A stretch of DNA of 61,801 bases. It comes from a virus. Lineage: Duplodnaviria; Caudoviricetes. The notes beneath the pieces were generated by a model. That model did no database searches. It saw only the letters and a list, made by a program, of their open reading frames with translations, and was not told where the DNA came from. The translations under genes and the position numbers were made by a program. Below are positions 46,653-54,603 of the stretch, piece after piece (the first letter of the stretch is position 1; each line of letters starts with the position of its first letter). Location of the stretch: positions 1 to 61,801 of IMG/VR virus record IMGVR_UViG_3300033076_001439; one strand, 5' to 3'.

Positions 46653-46698
46653 GGGGCCGCTGTCCGGTCCACCGGGAACCCCCAGTGGCAGCGGCCCC
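46653..46698 (-). other. GC-rich stacked hairpin between SSB and primase
   Basis: GGGGCCGCTG/CAGCGGCCCC outer stem with CCACTGGG/CCCGGTGG inner stem; no U-tract. Confidence 0.6.
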
Positions 46699-46703
46699 TA
46701 AAC

Positions 46704-47480
46704 TCAGAATGGAGCAGCGCCTGATTCGGCTGCGCCTTCAGCGTGCTCGTGCTTGACCTTCACGTCACCAGAGCTGATCTGTGCAGCGAAAGACTTGGCA
46801 GCAGCGTATGCGTTCATGTCTTCCACAGCGCCGACCTTTTCGATCTCCCAGCCAAACCACTTGCCCTTGTCGTTGGACTCAGCTTGTGTAGTCAGGCGGT
46901 AGACATGGCTGTACATGGGCGGGGTGAACGGACCGTTCTTGCCCATCAGCTTGGTGGACATCAGCATGCTGTTCCACTTGCGGCTCTTCTTGAGCTGGGT
47001 GGACTTCATGGTGATCAAGGCTGGTTCAGGGATGCCTGCATCGTTGATGACCATCACATAGTGGTTGGCCGTGTTCTCGATGTAGTTACCGTTGTCCAGG
47101 TAGTCCTTGTTGTCGCCCGGTTCGCGGTGCGTGCGGCTCAGAATGTCAGACGTGGCAGGGTACACAGCGATTGGAGCGCCGCTGCCCGAGCCGCGTGGTG
47201 CCCACTCAATGTACTGACGCACATAGGCCACAGGGATCACGTTGATGCCGTCTTTGCCGTTGTACAGCTCGCCGGTCACGGTGTTCATGATCATGCCAGG
47301 CATGGCACCATCCATCACACCTACTTCTGGGCTGGTGTTGGTCAACAGGCGCAGGAACGGAAGCGCAAAGTCTTCCTGACCCATGCCGTCGAAGCCACTG
47401 TTGGCATCGTCTTCAAATGCGTTGCCCAATGCAACTGCGTATTCTTTGTTCTCTTGAACTGCAACTTGATTCTTGCTCAT
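46704..47480 (-). CDS. Single-stranded DNA-binding protein (putative)
   Basis: DFALPFLR..SPE, MKSTQLKKSRKWN, acidic tail ending in PF; replication module. Confidence 0.65.
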   Translation of the reverse strand: MSKNQVAVQENKEYAVALGNAFEDDANSGFDGMGQEDFALPFLRLLTNTSPEVGVMDGAMPGMIMNTVTGELYNGKDGINVIPVAYVRQYIEWAPRGSGSGAPIAVYPATSDILSRTHREPGDNKDYLDNGNYIENTANHYVMVINDAGIPEPALITMKSTQLKKSRKWNSMLMSTKLMGKNGPFTPPMYSHVYRLTTQAESNDKGKWFGWEIEKVGAVEDMNAYAAAKSFAAQISSGDVKVKHEHAEGAAESGAAPF

Positions 47481-47493
47481 GATTGATTTTCCT

Positions 47494-48051
47494 TTAGGCT
47501 GATTTAATGGTCGCTTTTTGGCCGATGTACACGCCAAAAAGTTCTGATGGAAACGCGGTGCCGCGCTCCGTCTGCTCACGAACCCAGGCCTTGAGGGTCT
47601 GGGCTTCGATCTTCTGCGCTTGCTCAACAGGATAGTTTTGCTCACGCAGCAGATTCAGTAAGTTCTCGCACAGTTGGTCTTCGCCTCGACCGAACCGCAC
47701 GGAAACTGTGTTCTTGATGATGTCGTCGTAACCGTTGTCGCGAAGCCATTCGTAGGCCTGTGCACGGTTCTCTTCCTTGATGGATGCAGAGTAGAACGGC
47801 TTGACCGTAATCTTGCTGCCATCCGCCATGGTGAAGTCCTTCATCCCCAGCTCTGTGAGCATGTTGGGAATGGATTCTTCTTGCAGCTTACGAAGCTGCT
47901 CCTGGCGCTCTTTGAGGACTGACTCAAATTCCTCGATCTCTTTTTCCAGCATCTTGGCACGCTTAGCCAATGCTGCAATAGAAGACAGGTCCTCGTCCTT
48001 AACGGTCAGGGCACCTGCGTCCTCCTCGAACATGGTGTTGAGGTTACTCAT
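47494..48051 (-). CDS. Conserved replication-module protein
   Basis: WLRDNGYDDIIK...QTLKAWVRE. Confidence 0.7.
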   Translation of the reverse strand: MSNLNTMFEEDAGALTVKDEDLSSIAALAKRAKMLEKEIEEFESVLKERQEQLRKLQEESIPNMLTELGMKDFTMADGSKITVKPFYSASIKEENRAQAYEWLRDNGYDDIIKNTVSVRFGRGEDQLCENLLNLLREQNYPVEQAQKIEAQTLKAWVREQTERGTAFPSELFGVYIGQKATIKSA

Positions 48052-48373
48052 CGCTTTCTCCTTTCTGGGTGACGTCAATCTTGACGGGAATGTACAGACG
48101 CTCGCGGCGATCCCACTTCAGCGCTGTGTAACGGCCATTGTTGAAAAATGCAGCAACAGAGCAGGCCAAGCCTATTGCTACGGGATCACCTGCCAAGAGC
48201 AGGTAGTCCGCGTCTGTGAAGTTGCGCAGCTTGATGCGCAGGCTTCGGATTGTAGGTGCAGTGCTGAACGCGATCTGGGTGTACTGAGGCAGCAAGACTT
48301 TCATCTCACCAAACTTCATTGCAGGAGCCAGATCATGATTTGGCATCTCTTGCACAACATATACGGTTGGCAT
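48044..48373 (-). CDS. Conserved small alpha/beta protein
   Basis: VYVVQE...DYLLLAGDP...LKWDR; first gene after cassette 7. Confidence 0.75.
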   Translation of the reverse strand: MPTVYVVQEMPNHDLAPAMKFGEMKVLLPQYTQIAFSTAPTIRSLRIKLRNFTDADYLLLAGDPVAIGLACSVAAFFNNGRYTALKWDRRERLYIPVKIDVTQKGESDE

Positions 48374-48440
48374 GTTTACGCTATCCTTTCTTTAAACGTG
48401 CATTTAGTGTACACTACTTTCCGAGGGTGTCAACACCCTT
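48374..48440 (-). promoter_or_regulatory. Replication operon promoter and leader (cassette 7)
   Basis: TTGACA-16nt-TACACT; GAAAGGATAG; AGGGTGT-CA-ACACCCT palindrome over the -35. Confidence 0.7.
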
Positions 48441-48461
48441 TTTCAAGAAAGAAAGAAAGCA

Positions 48462-49916
48462 ATGGACTATTTTTTAACCCACTACCCCTTCAAGAACACA
48501 CCGTTCACCCACCAGGCTGCTTTTCTGCAGCGTTTCTGGGAGGTGCCGGAAGTCGCGGTCCTCGCAGAGATGGGCACTGGCAAGAGCTTCATGCTCATCA
48601 ACAATGCCGCGATGCTGTATGACAAGGGCCGAATCAACTCGATGCTCATCGTAGCACCCAAGGGCGTTTACCGCAATTGGTACACGTCCGAGATTCCGAA
48701 GCACATGCCAGAGCACATCCCGCTAGCCATGGCCTGTTGGTCGCCCACGCCGCGCAAGGCGGAGAAGATCGAGATGGAGAAGATGCTGGCCAGCACTGAC
48801 CATCTGCGCGTGCTGGTGATGAACATCGAGGCCTTCAGCACAGAGAAGGGCATGATGTTTGCCCGCACCTTCCTGCGTGTAACCAACGCCTTCATGGCCA
48901 TCGACGAGAGCACCACCATCAAGACGCCCGGGGCCAAGCGCACCAAGAGCATCATCAAGGTCGGCAAGGAGGCCAAGTACCGCCGCATCGCCACTGGATC
49001 GCCCGTCACCAAGAGCCCTTTGGACCTGTACAGCCAGTGCGAGTTCCTGGGCAACGACTGCCTGAACTACCACAGCTTCTACGCCTTCCAAGCGCGGTAC
49101 GCGGTCCTCATCGAACGCAAGATGCCGACCCACACATTCAAGCAGATCGTCGGCTACCGGCACTTGGATGAGCTGCAGAAGAAGCTCAACCGCTTTGCCT
49201 TCCGCGTGACCAAGGAAGAGTGCCTGGACCTGCCCGACAAGGTGTTCGTGCGCCGCGAGATTGAGCTCACCGCTGAGCAAAAGAAGTACTACGAACAGAT
49301 GAAGCTCATGGCCCTGTCCATCCTGGATGACGGCTCGATGATGACCACCAACAACGCGCTCACGCAGATCATGCGCCTGCAGCAGATTTGCTGTGGCCAC
49401 GTCAAGCTGGACGACGGCAGGCAGGAGGACATCCCCAGCAACCGCGTCAAGGAACTGCTTGCGCAGATCGAAGAGGTGGAGGGCAAGGTGATCATCTGGG
49501 CTAACTACCGCCGCGACATTGAAAACATCAAGCTGGCGCTGCAGGAGGCCTACGGCATGACTTCGGTGGCCACGTATTTCGGGGACACTGAGGCGGAGAC
49601 GCGCCAAGAGATTGTCACCAACTTCCAGGACCCGGAGCACGATCTGCGGTTCTTCGTCGGCAACCCCCGCACCGGTGGCTACGGCTTGACGCTCACTGCG
49701 GCCAAGACCGTGATCTACTACAGCAACAACTTCGACCTGGAGGTGCGCTTGCAGTCCGAGGACCGCGCTCACCGCATCGGCCAGACCAACAAGGTGACCT
49801 ACGTCGACTTCATCAGCCCGGGGACCGTGGACGAGCACATCGTCAAGGCCTTGCGCAACAAGATCAACATCGCCAACGCAGTGCTCGGAGAAGAGCTCAA
49901 GGAATGGATCAAATAA
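48462..49916 (+). CDS. SNF2-family helicase
   Basis: EMGTGKS, IDES, TGSP, GLTLT, QSEDRAHRIGQ. Confidence 0.92.
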   Translation: MDYFLTHYPFKNTPFTHQAAFLQRFWEVPEVAVLAEMGTGKSFMLINNAAMLYDKGRINSMLIVAPKGVYRNWYTSEIPKHMPEHIPLAMACWSPTPRKAEKIEMEKMLASTDHLRVLVMNIEAFSTEKGMMFARTFLRVTNAFMAIDESTTIKTPGAKRTKSIIKVGKEAKYRRIATGSPVTKSPLDLYSQCEFLGNDCLNYHSFYAFQARYAVLIERKMPTHTFKQIVGYRHLDELQKKLNRFAFRVTKEECLDLPDKVFVRREIELTAEQKKYYEQMKLMALSILDDGSMMTTNNALTQIMRLQQICCGHVKLDDGRQEDIPSNRVKELLAQIEEVEGKVIIWANYRRDIENIKLALQEAYGMTSVATYFGDTEAETRQEIVTNFQDPEHDLRFFVGNPRTGGYGLTLTAAKTVIYYSNNFDLEVRLQSEDRAHRIGQTNKVTYVDFISPGTVDEHIVKALRNKINIANAVLGEELKEWIK

Positions 49917-50647
49917 TGCAGCTCGTCCCGATCAGAAACAAGTTCGTCTACCCCAAGCTCCAGCGTTTGGACCTGCCCACGGGCCGCGTTTATACATTGG
50001 ATGGCGGCCTGCCTGTGCCGAGCGTCACCACCATCCTGTCGGCCACCAAGGACCGAGCGCATCTGGATGACTGGGTCAACCGCGTTGGCGTGGAGGAAGC
50101 GGAGCGAATCAAGAACGAAGCGGCCACAGTGGGCACGCACATGCACAACGTCGTCGAGCGGATGCTCCTGAACAGGCCTTTGGAGACACCGCGCACGTGG
50201 CTGCAGGTCAAGGGCTATCGCATGGGCTACACGCTGATCGAGAAGTTCTTTCCGCATGTGGACGAGGCGTGGGGCACGGAAGTTCCGCTGATCTACCCGG
50301 GCCGCTATGCGGGGACCTCGGATTTCGTCGGCGTGTACAAGGGGGAGCCCTGCATCGTTGACTTCAAGCAGGCCAACAAGATGAAGAAGCGTGCGTGGAT
50401 CGAGGATTACTTTGTCCAGCTCGCTGCGTACGCTGTCGCACACAACCACCGACACGTCACCAACATCAACCAGGGCGTGATTCTGATGGTGGCACAGGAC
50501 GGAACAGTGCAGGAATTTGTCTCGGTCGGGCGGGAGTTTGATGGCTACTGCGACCAGTGGTGGCGACGGGTCGAGGCACATGCAAAAAGTGGCCCGGGGC
50601 CGGACCCGGGCCAAAGTGCCGCCGGAGGTGGAGAGCCCCTGCCTTAG
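49916..50647 (+). CDS. PD-(D/E)xK exonuclease
   Basis: PSVTTIL, GT.MH, YAGTSD, IVDFK, QLAAY. Confidence 0.85.
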   Translation: MQLVPIRNKFVYPKLQRLDLPTGRVYTLDGGLPVPSVTTILSATKDRAHLDDWVNRVGVEEAERIKNEAATVGTHMHNVVERMLLNRPLETPRTWLQVKGYRMGYTLIEKFFPHVDEAWGTEVPLIYPGRYAGTSDFVGVYKGEPCIVDFKQANKMKKRAWIEDYFVQLAAYAVAHNHRHVTNINQGVILMVAQDGTVQEFVSVGREFDGYCDQWWRRVEAHAKSGPGPDPGQSAAGGGEPLP

Positions 50648-50667
50648 GCGTAGACGGCAACTGCAAC

Positions 50668-50829
50668 TTATTTCTTCTTGGCGGCACGCATGTTGTCCAC
50701 CAAGTTGGGATAGGGACGGCCAGCGGCTTTGGCCGCTGCCTTGGCAGCAGACTTCTTCGCAGGGCTGAGCTTCTTGGGTGCGCCCAGGTCCTTGGGACGG
50801 GCTTTATCCCAGACGGGTTTTGCTTTCAT
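50668..50829 (-). CDS. Small basic protein
   Basis: AKAAAKAAGRPYPNLVDNM. Confidence 0.7.
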   Translation of the reverse strand: MKAKPVWDKARPKDLGAPKKLSPAKKSAAKAAAKAAGRPYPNLVDNMRAAKKK

Positions 50830-50833
50830 GGCA

Positions 50834-51214
50834 TCACTCCAGGTTGCGAAGTTTGTAGAGGGTGGACAGATATGTCGCGATGGCCTCATCGATCAGATTC
50901 TGGATGGCTGTTTCTGTCTTTGGGCAGGCGTCGTAGCGGATTTCGGTGATCCGCTCCATCTGTTTCTCGAGCCACGTCGCAGTGGCCGCGATAGATTTCT
51001 TACCAATCGGGCATGGCAGGTATGGAATTTCATCCATCAGACCATGACGGCCCTGGTAGGCCTCAGCAATCTTGTCCGCGTTGTCGATGATGTCGTCATA
51101 AAACGATCCCAGCGCCTGATGGGCAGCGTAGCTGCCTGGCCCTGTCACAGCCAAGTGGCGGCGATGGGCAAACTCCCGGCTTGCAAACAGGGTGGCAATG
51201 AGTTCTTCCATCAT
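50834..51214 (-). CDS. Ferritin/Dps-like protein (DUF5856-like)
   Basis: H..H...SYAAHQALG.FYD...D.IAEAYQG...LYKL. Confidence 0.72.
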   Translation of the reverse strand: MMEELIATLFASREFAHRRHLAVTGPGSYAAHQALGSFYDDIIDNADKIAEAYQGRHGLMDEIPYLPCPIGKKSIAATATWLEKQMERITEIRYDACPKTETAIQNLIDEAIATYLSTLYKLRNLE

Positions 51215-54200
51215 CGTGGAGCTCCTATTTGTTGCTGACGCTGCTGCAGCATCTGGCTGATTGGGTCATTCGGGAACAGCGTTGGGTACATCAGGTTGGA
51301 TGACGGCGCTGCGGGGGCCGCGGGCGGCGGTCCCATGCGCAAGTTGGGCATACCACGGGTCTGCGGTGCAGGCGGCAGTTGGCGCAGCATCTGCGCGGCT
51401 GTTCCGGGGACCACGGGCCGTTGTGCGGCCTCGGTGGGCAACTGCTGCTCGCCTTTGGCCAAGTCGGCTGCTTCGAGGGCCGTGGCCCGCGCAGCGCGGG
51501 GCACGTACTTCGTAGGCGAGATGCCGATGTCTTGCAGCATGCCAGCGACCTTCTTGGCCTCTGCTGGTGTGCTCATGTGCGTGATCGACTTGGCGAAGTT
51601 GGGGTCTTCCAGTGCCTTGGTGAAGATGCGCTGGTACAACTGGTTCTCAATGCTGCCGGTCAGGCGCAGAGCGAGTGCCAACAAGCCAGTGCTTGGATTG
51701 ATACGGCCCACTGCTGCTTCACGCATCGTGGTGGTCAAGAACTGAATGCCCGAGCCAAACAGCCGCTTCATCGACTCGTCCAGCGAATCAAAGGCAGGAA
51801 TCTGGCCCGTGATGTCTGCGAACGCATTGACCCGGCGCTGGATGTCCGCCAGGGTCTTCAGGTCGTTCAGGTGCGAGGTGTTCTTGAACAGGACGTTCAG
51901 GGACTTCTCATTGTTCTTGAGGAATGACTCCAGTGCCCCGCCGCCCTGGGCACCGCTTGTGGACAGGTCCCAAACCTTGCGGCGCAGGGCAGCCAGGCTC
52001 TCAGGGTCCTTGCCAATTTGGTCCACCAGCACGCGCATGGTGGCTGGATCGCGCAAGGCAGCCGTCAGGATTTGTTGGGGATCAGCATCGGGGCGGCTGG
52101 CCTTGGCCAACAGGGTGTCGAGCTCGTTGTTGGTGGCTTCCACACGGCGGCGATCAATCTCGCCCATCCGCTTGGCAAAATCATCGGCGTTGGCCACTTC
52201 ATCCCGCAGGCGCTGCTGGATATTGCCGGGCAGGGCTTCAACAATGTTTTTGTTGTTGTCCAGGATGCTGCGAATCTTCTTGGGATCGACCAGACCTTCT
52301 GTCGTGACAGCACCCTTGGAGCGCAGCCAGTCGATTGCGCCCTTGGTCAGCAGGTCATCTTTGGCGGGGTTGTTGCCCAGCGTGTTGGTGATCTGGCGCA
52401 GATTGTCCGCAGTCTTGAACGCGGTGCGCAGCAAGTCCTCGTTGGGCAGCAGGAACTCACGGCCACCGGCCTTCTGCGAAGTCATCAGCAGCGGCAGACG
52501 CTGCTCGAAGCCTGCGTTGTAGTCGTCCAGCGCCATCTTCATGGCATCGTACTCTTTGCTGACCTTGGGCACTGCGCTGAGGACCAGGTCCTCGATGTCC
52601 TTGTAGCCTGCGTTGCCGCGATCGAGCTTCAGTTGCGCGTCCGCGATCCGCGTTCCGCGGCCCGACATCAGTGAGCTGTTGAACGAGTTGACTGCATCGT
52701 GGCGCGAGCGCTGTGCGGCAGCCAGCAGGTCCAGTGCTTCGGGGACGTTGATGTCGATGTTGGTGCCGTTGCGGGCGATCATCTCGGCATCATTTTGGAT
52801 TTGCGTGGGATTGACGTAGATCGGACGGCCAGGAATGCCGGTGGATACCGCCACTTCGCCCTTGGCCCCGCCCTTGGTCTCGATACCCGCAGCCTTCTGC
52901 AAAGTCATCTGGCGAGCCAATTCGTCCGCAGCCTTCTTGCCCTTGGCACCAGAGGGAGTGATCAGGGCACGCACGTTGGCCACGGTCTGCTCACGCAGTG
53001 CTTCGTCCAGCGGATAGCCAGCAAGCTGCTCATTCACGCGCTGGTTGATCAGCGATTCGGTGGCCTGCTTCAATGCTTCTTGGCGAGCCTTGTCGGTGGC
53101 CTGCACCATGTTCTGCAGCATCTTGATCGGCTCAGGCATGGGGCCACCCTTGGCTCCCGTTGCGCGGGCCGGGGTGTATTTGGCCACCAGATCACGCGCT
53201 GCCTGCTCAATGTCGTAGGCAGGGAACTGCGGCAGGGACTTGCCTGCGTCGGGGCCTTCACGGAACCGGGTATCGGCCAGGGTGCCATCAGGGTTGACTG
53301 CACGCTTCATGCCCAGCTTGGACAGAATCTTCTGGCGCATGCCAAAGTCTGCTTCCATGTCGGCCATCAAGACTCCGCGCAGCTCGTTGTTGAGCATGTC
53401 CAGGTTCTGTGGACCTAGGCGCTCGGAGATGGCGGCTACTTCAGCGTCAGTCAAATCCTTCTTCTGGCGCAGCAAGCCCTCAAACATGTTCTGGCGCTCT
53501 TGCTGGGCAGCCATGAAGGCCTCTTCGATCGGCTTGCGGGTCTCAGGCGAGAAGGAATCGAACAGGCTGGTGAGCTTTTGCTGGTTTTCGTTGATACGCG
53601 CCTTGACCGACTCCAGTTCCTTGGGGCCGAGCTGCTCGAGCAGTTCCGCCTTGCGCTTGAGCAGGGGGTTGTACATGGTGCGCTCGGACACATCGAACAT
53701 GAACCCGGCTTCCGCGATCCGCGGATCGCTCAACGCGGCTTCCAATTGCTTGAGCGCCTGCTGAGCCTCGGGGCTCTCGTTGATGGGGCCGAAGACCTGC
53801 GCCAGCTTGCTCTCAGCACGCTTGACCAGGACGTTGGGGATGATGTTGACCAAAGGCAGGCGGTAGCCCTTTGGCAGACTTGCAATCGCTTCCTTCTCGA
53901 CACTGCCCAGGCCAGCAGATGCACCCTTGATCTTGTCGATCGTCCAGCCAGCAGCCTTGACGCTGGGCAGGCTCGCGGCAGCCAAGGGCAGGCCCATGAA
54001 CGCGGCGGCGGGCAGCAGGTCCTTGTACAAGCCTTTGTACGGGTTGGTGTCGTCAACATTCTCTTCCACCGCCTGGCGCAGGCCCTCGTAACCTGCACCA
54101 AAAGCAATGTCCGTGGCAGCAGCGGCCACAGGGCTCTTCTGTGCGTACTGGATGGCGCTGTTGGCAATCGACTTCAGAACCCCGGCCCCCGGCTCGGCAG

Positions 54201-54603
54201 CCTTGACCATGGGTGCAGCCTTGGCCGCATAGGCCAAGATGCCGGTAAAGGGCAGCGTGCCCCCAACACCTTCGCCCACTGCGCGGCTGTAGCGCTCTGC
54301 TGCGTTGACCGGGGCCCGTTCGCCTTTGTTGAAGAACTTGGCCAGCGTGGCCACCTGATCTTCCTGCATGCCCAAGCCCTGGCCAATCTTCTTGGCCACA
54401 AAGTCAGGGGCAGCGAACAAAGCGCTGTTGAAGCCCCAGGAGAAGTTGTTGATCAGGCCTTGGGCAGTCTTGCCCTCAGGCGCAGGCATTTCTACGCCTG
54501 CCTTGCGAGGTTCGAGCTCCGTGGGAGCCTCCTCGGTGCGGCCAACAACTTCACCGGTTGTCAGGTCGACAACCTCTCCACGGGCATTGGTCAGCGTAGG
54601 CAT
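51211..54603 (-). CDS. Large internal virion/ejection protein
   Basis: 1130 aa, helical, with Gly/Ala-rich hydrophobic segments; podovirus ejection-gene position. Confidence 0.7.
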   Translation of the reverse strand: MPTLTNARGEVVDLTTGEVVGRTEEAPTELEPRKAGVEMPAPEGKTAQGLINNFSWGFNSALFAAPDFVAKKIGQGLGMQEDQVATLAKFFNKGERAPVNAAERYSRAVGEGVGGTLPFTGILAYAAKAAPMVKAAEPGAGVLKSIANSAIQYAQKSPVAAAATDIAFGAGYEGLRQAVEENVDDTNPYKGLYKDLLPAAAFMGLPLAAASLPSVKAAGWTIDKIKGASAGLGSVEKEAIASLPKGYRLPLVNIIPNVLVKRAESKLAQVFGPINESPEAQQALKQLEAALSDPRIAEAGFMFDVSERTMYNPLLKRKAELLEQLGPKELESVKARINENQQKLTSLFDSFSPETRKPIEEAFMAAQQERQNMFEGLLRQKKDLTDAEVAAISERLGPQNLDMLNNELRGVLMADMEADFGMRQKILSKLGMKRAVNPDGTLADTRFREGPDAGKSLPQFPAYDIEQAARDLVAKYTPARATGAKGGPMPEPIKMLQNMVQATDKARQEALKQATESLINQRVNEQLAGYPLDEALREQTVANVRALITPSGAKGKKAADELARQMTLQKAAGIETKGGAKGEVAVSTGIPGRPIYVNPTQIQNDAEMIARNGTNIDINVPEALDLLAAAQRSRHDAVNSFNSSLMSGRGTRIADAQLKLDRGNAGYKDIEDLVLSAVPKVSKEYDAMKMALDDYNAGFEQRLPLLMTSQKAGGREFLLPNEDLLRTAFKTADNLRQITNTLGNNPAKDDLLTKGAIDWLRSKGAVTTEGLVDPKKIRSILDNNKNIVEALPGNIQQRLRDEVANADDFAKRMGEIDRRRVEATNNELDTLLAKASRPDADPQQILTAALRDPATMRVLVDQIGKDPESLAALRRKVWDLSTSGAQGGGALESFLKNNEKSLNVLFKNTSHLNDLKTLADIQRRVNAFADITGQIPAFDSLDESMKRLFGSGIQFLTTTMREAAVGRINPSTGLLALALRLTGSIENQLYQRIFTKALEDPNFAKSITHMSTPAEAKKVAGMLQDIGISPTKYVPRAARATALEAADLAKGEQQLPTEAAQRPVVPGTAAQMLRQLPPAPQTRGMPNLRMGPPPAAPAAPSSNLMYPTLFPNDPISQMLQQRQQQIGAPR

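Noticed and set aside
49916-50647. Cas4 call for the exonuclease
   Set aside because: It lacks the four-Cys Fe-S pattern; a generic phage PD-(D/E)xK exonuclease fits better.
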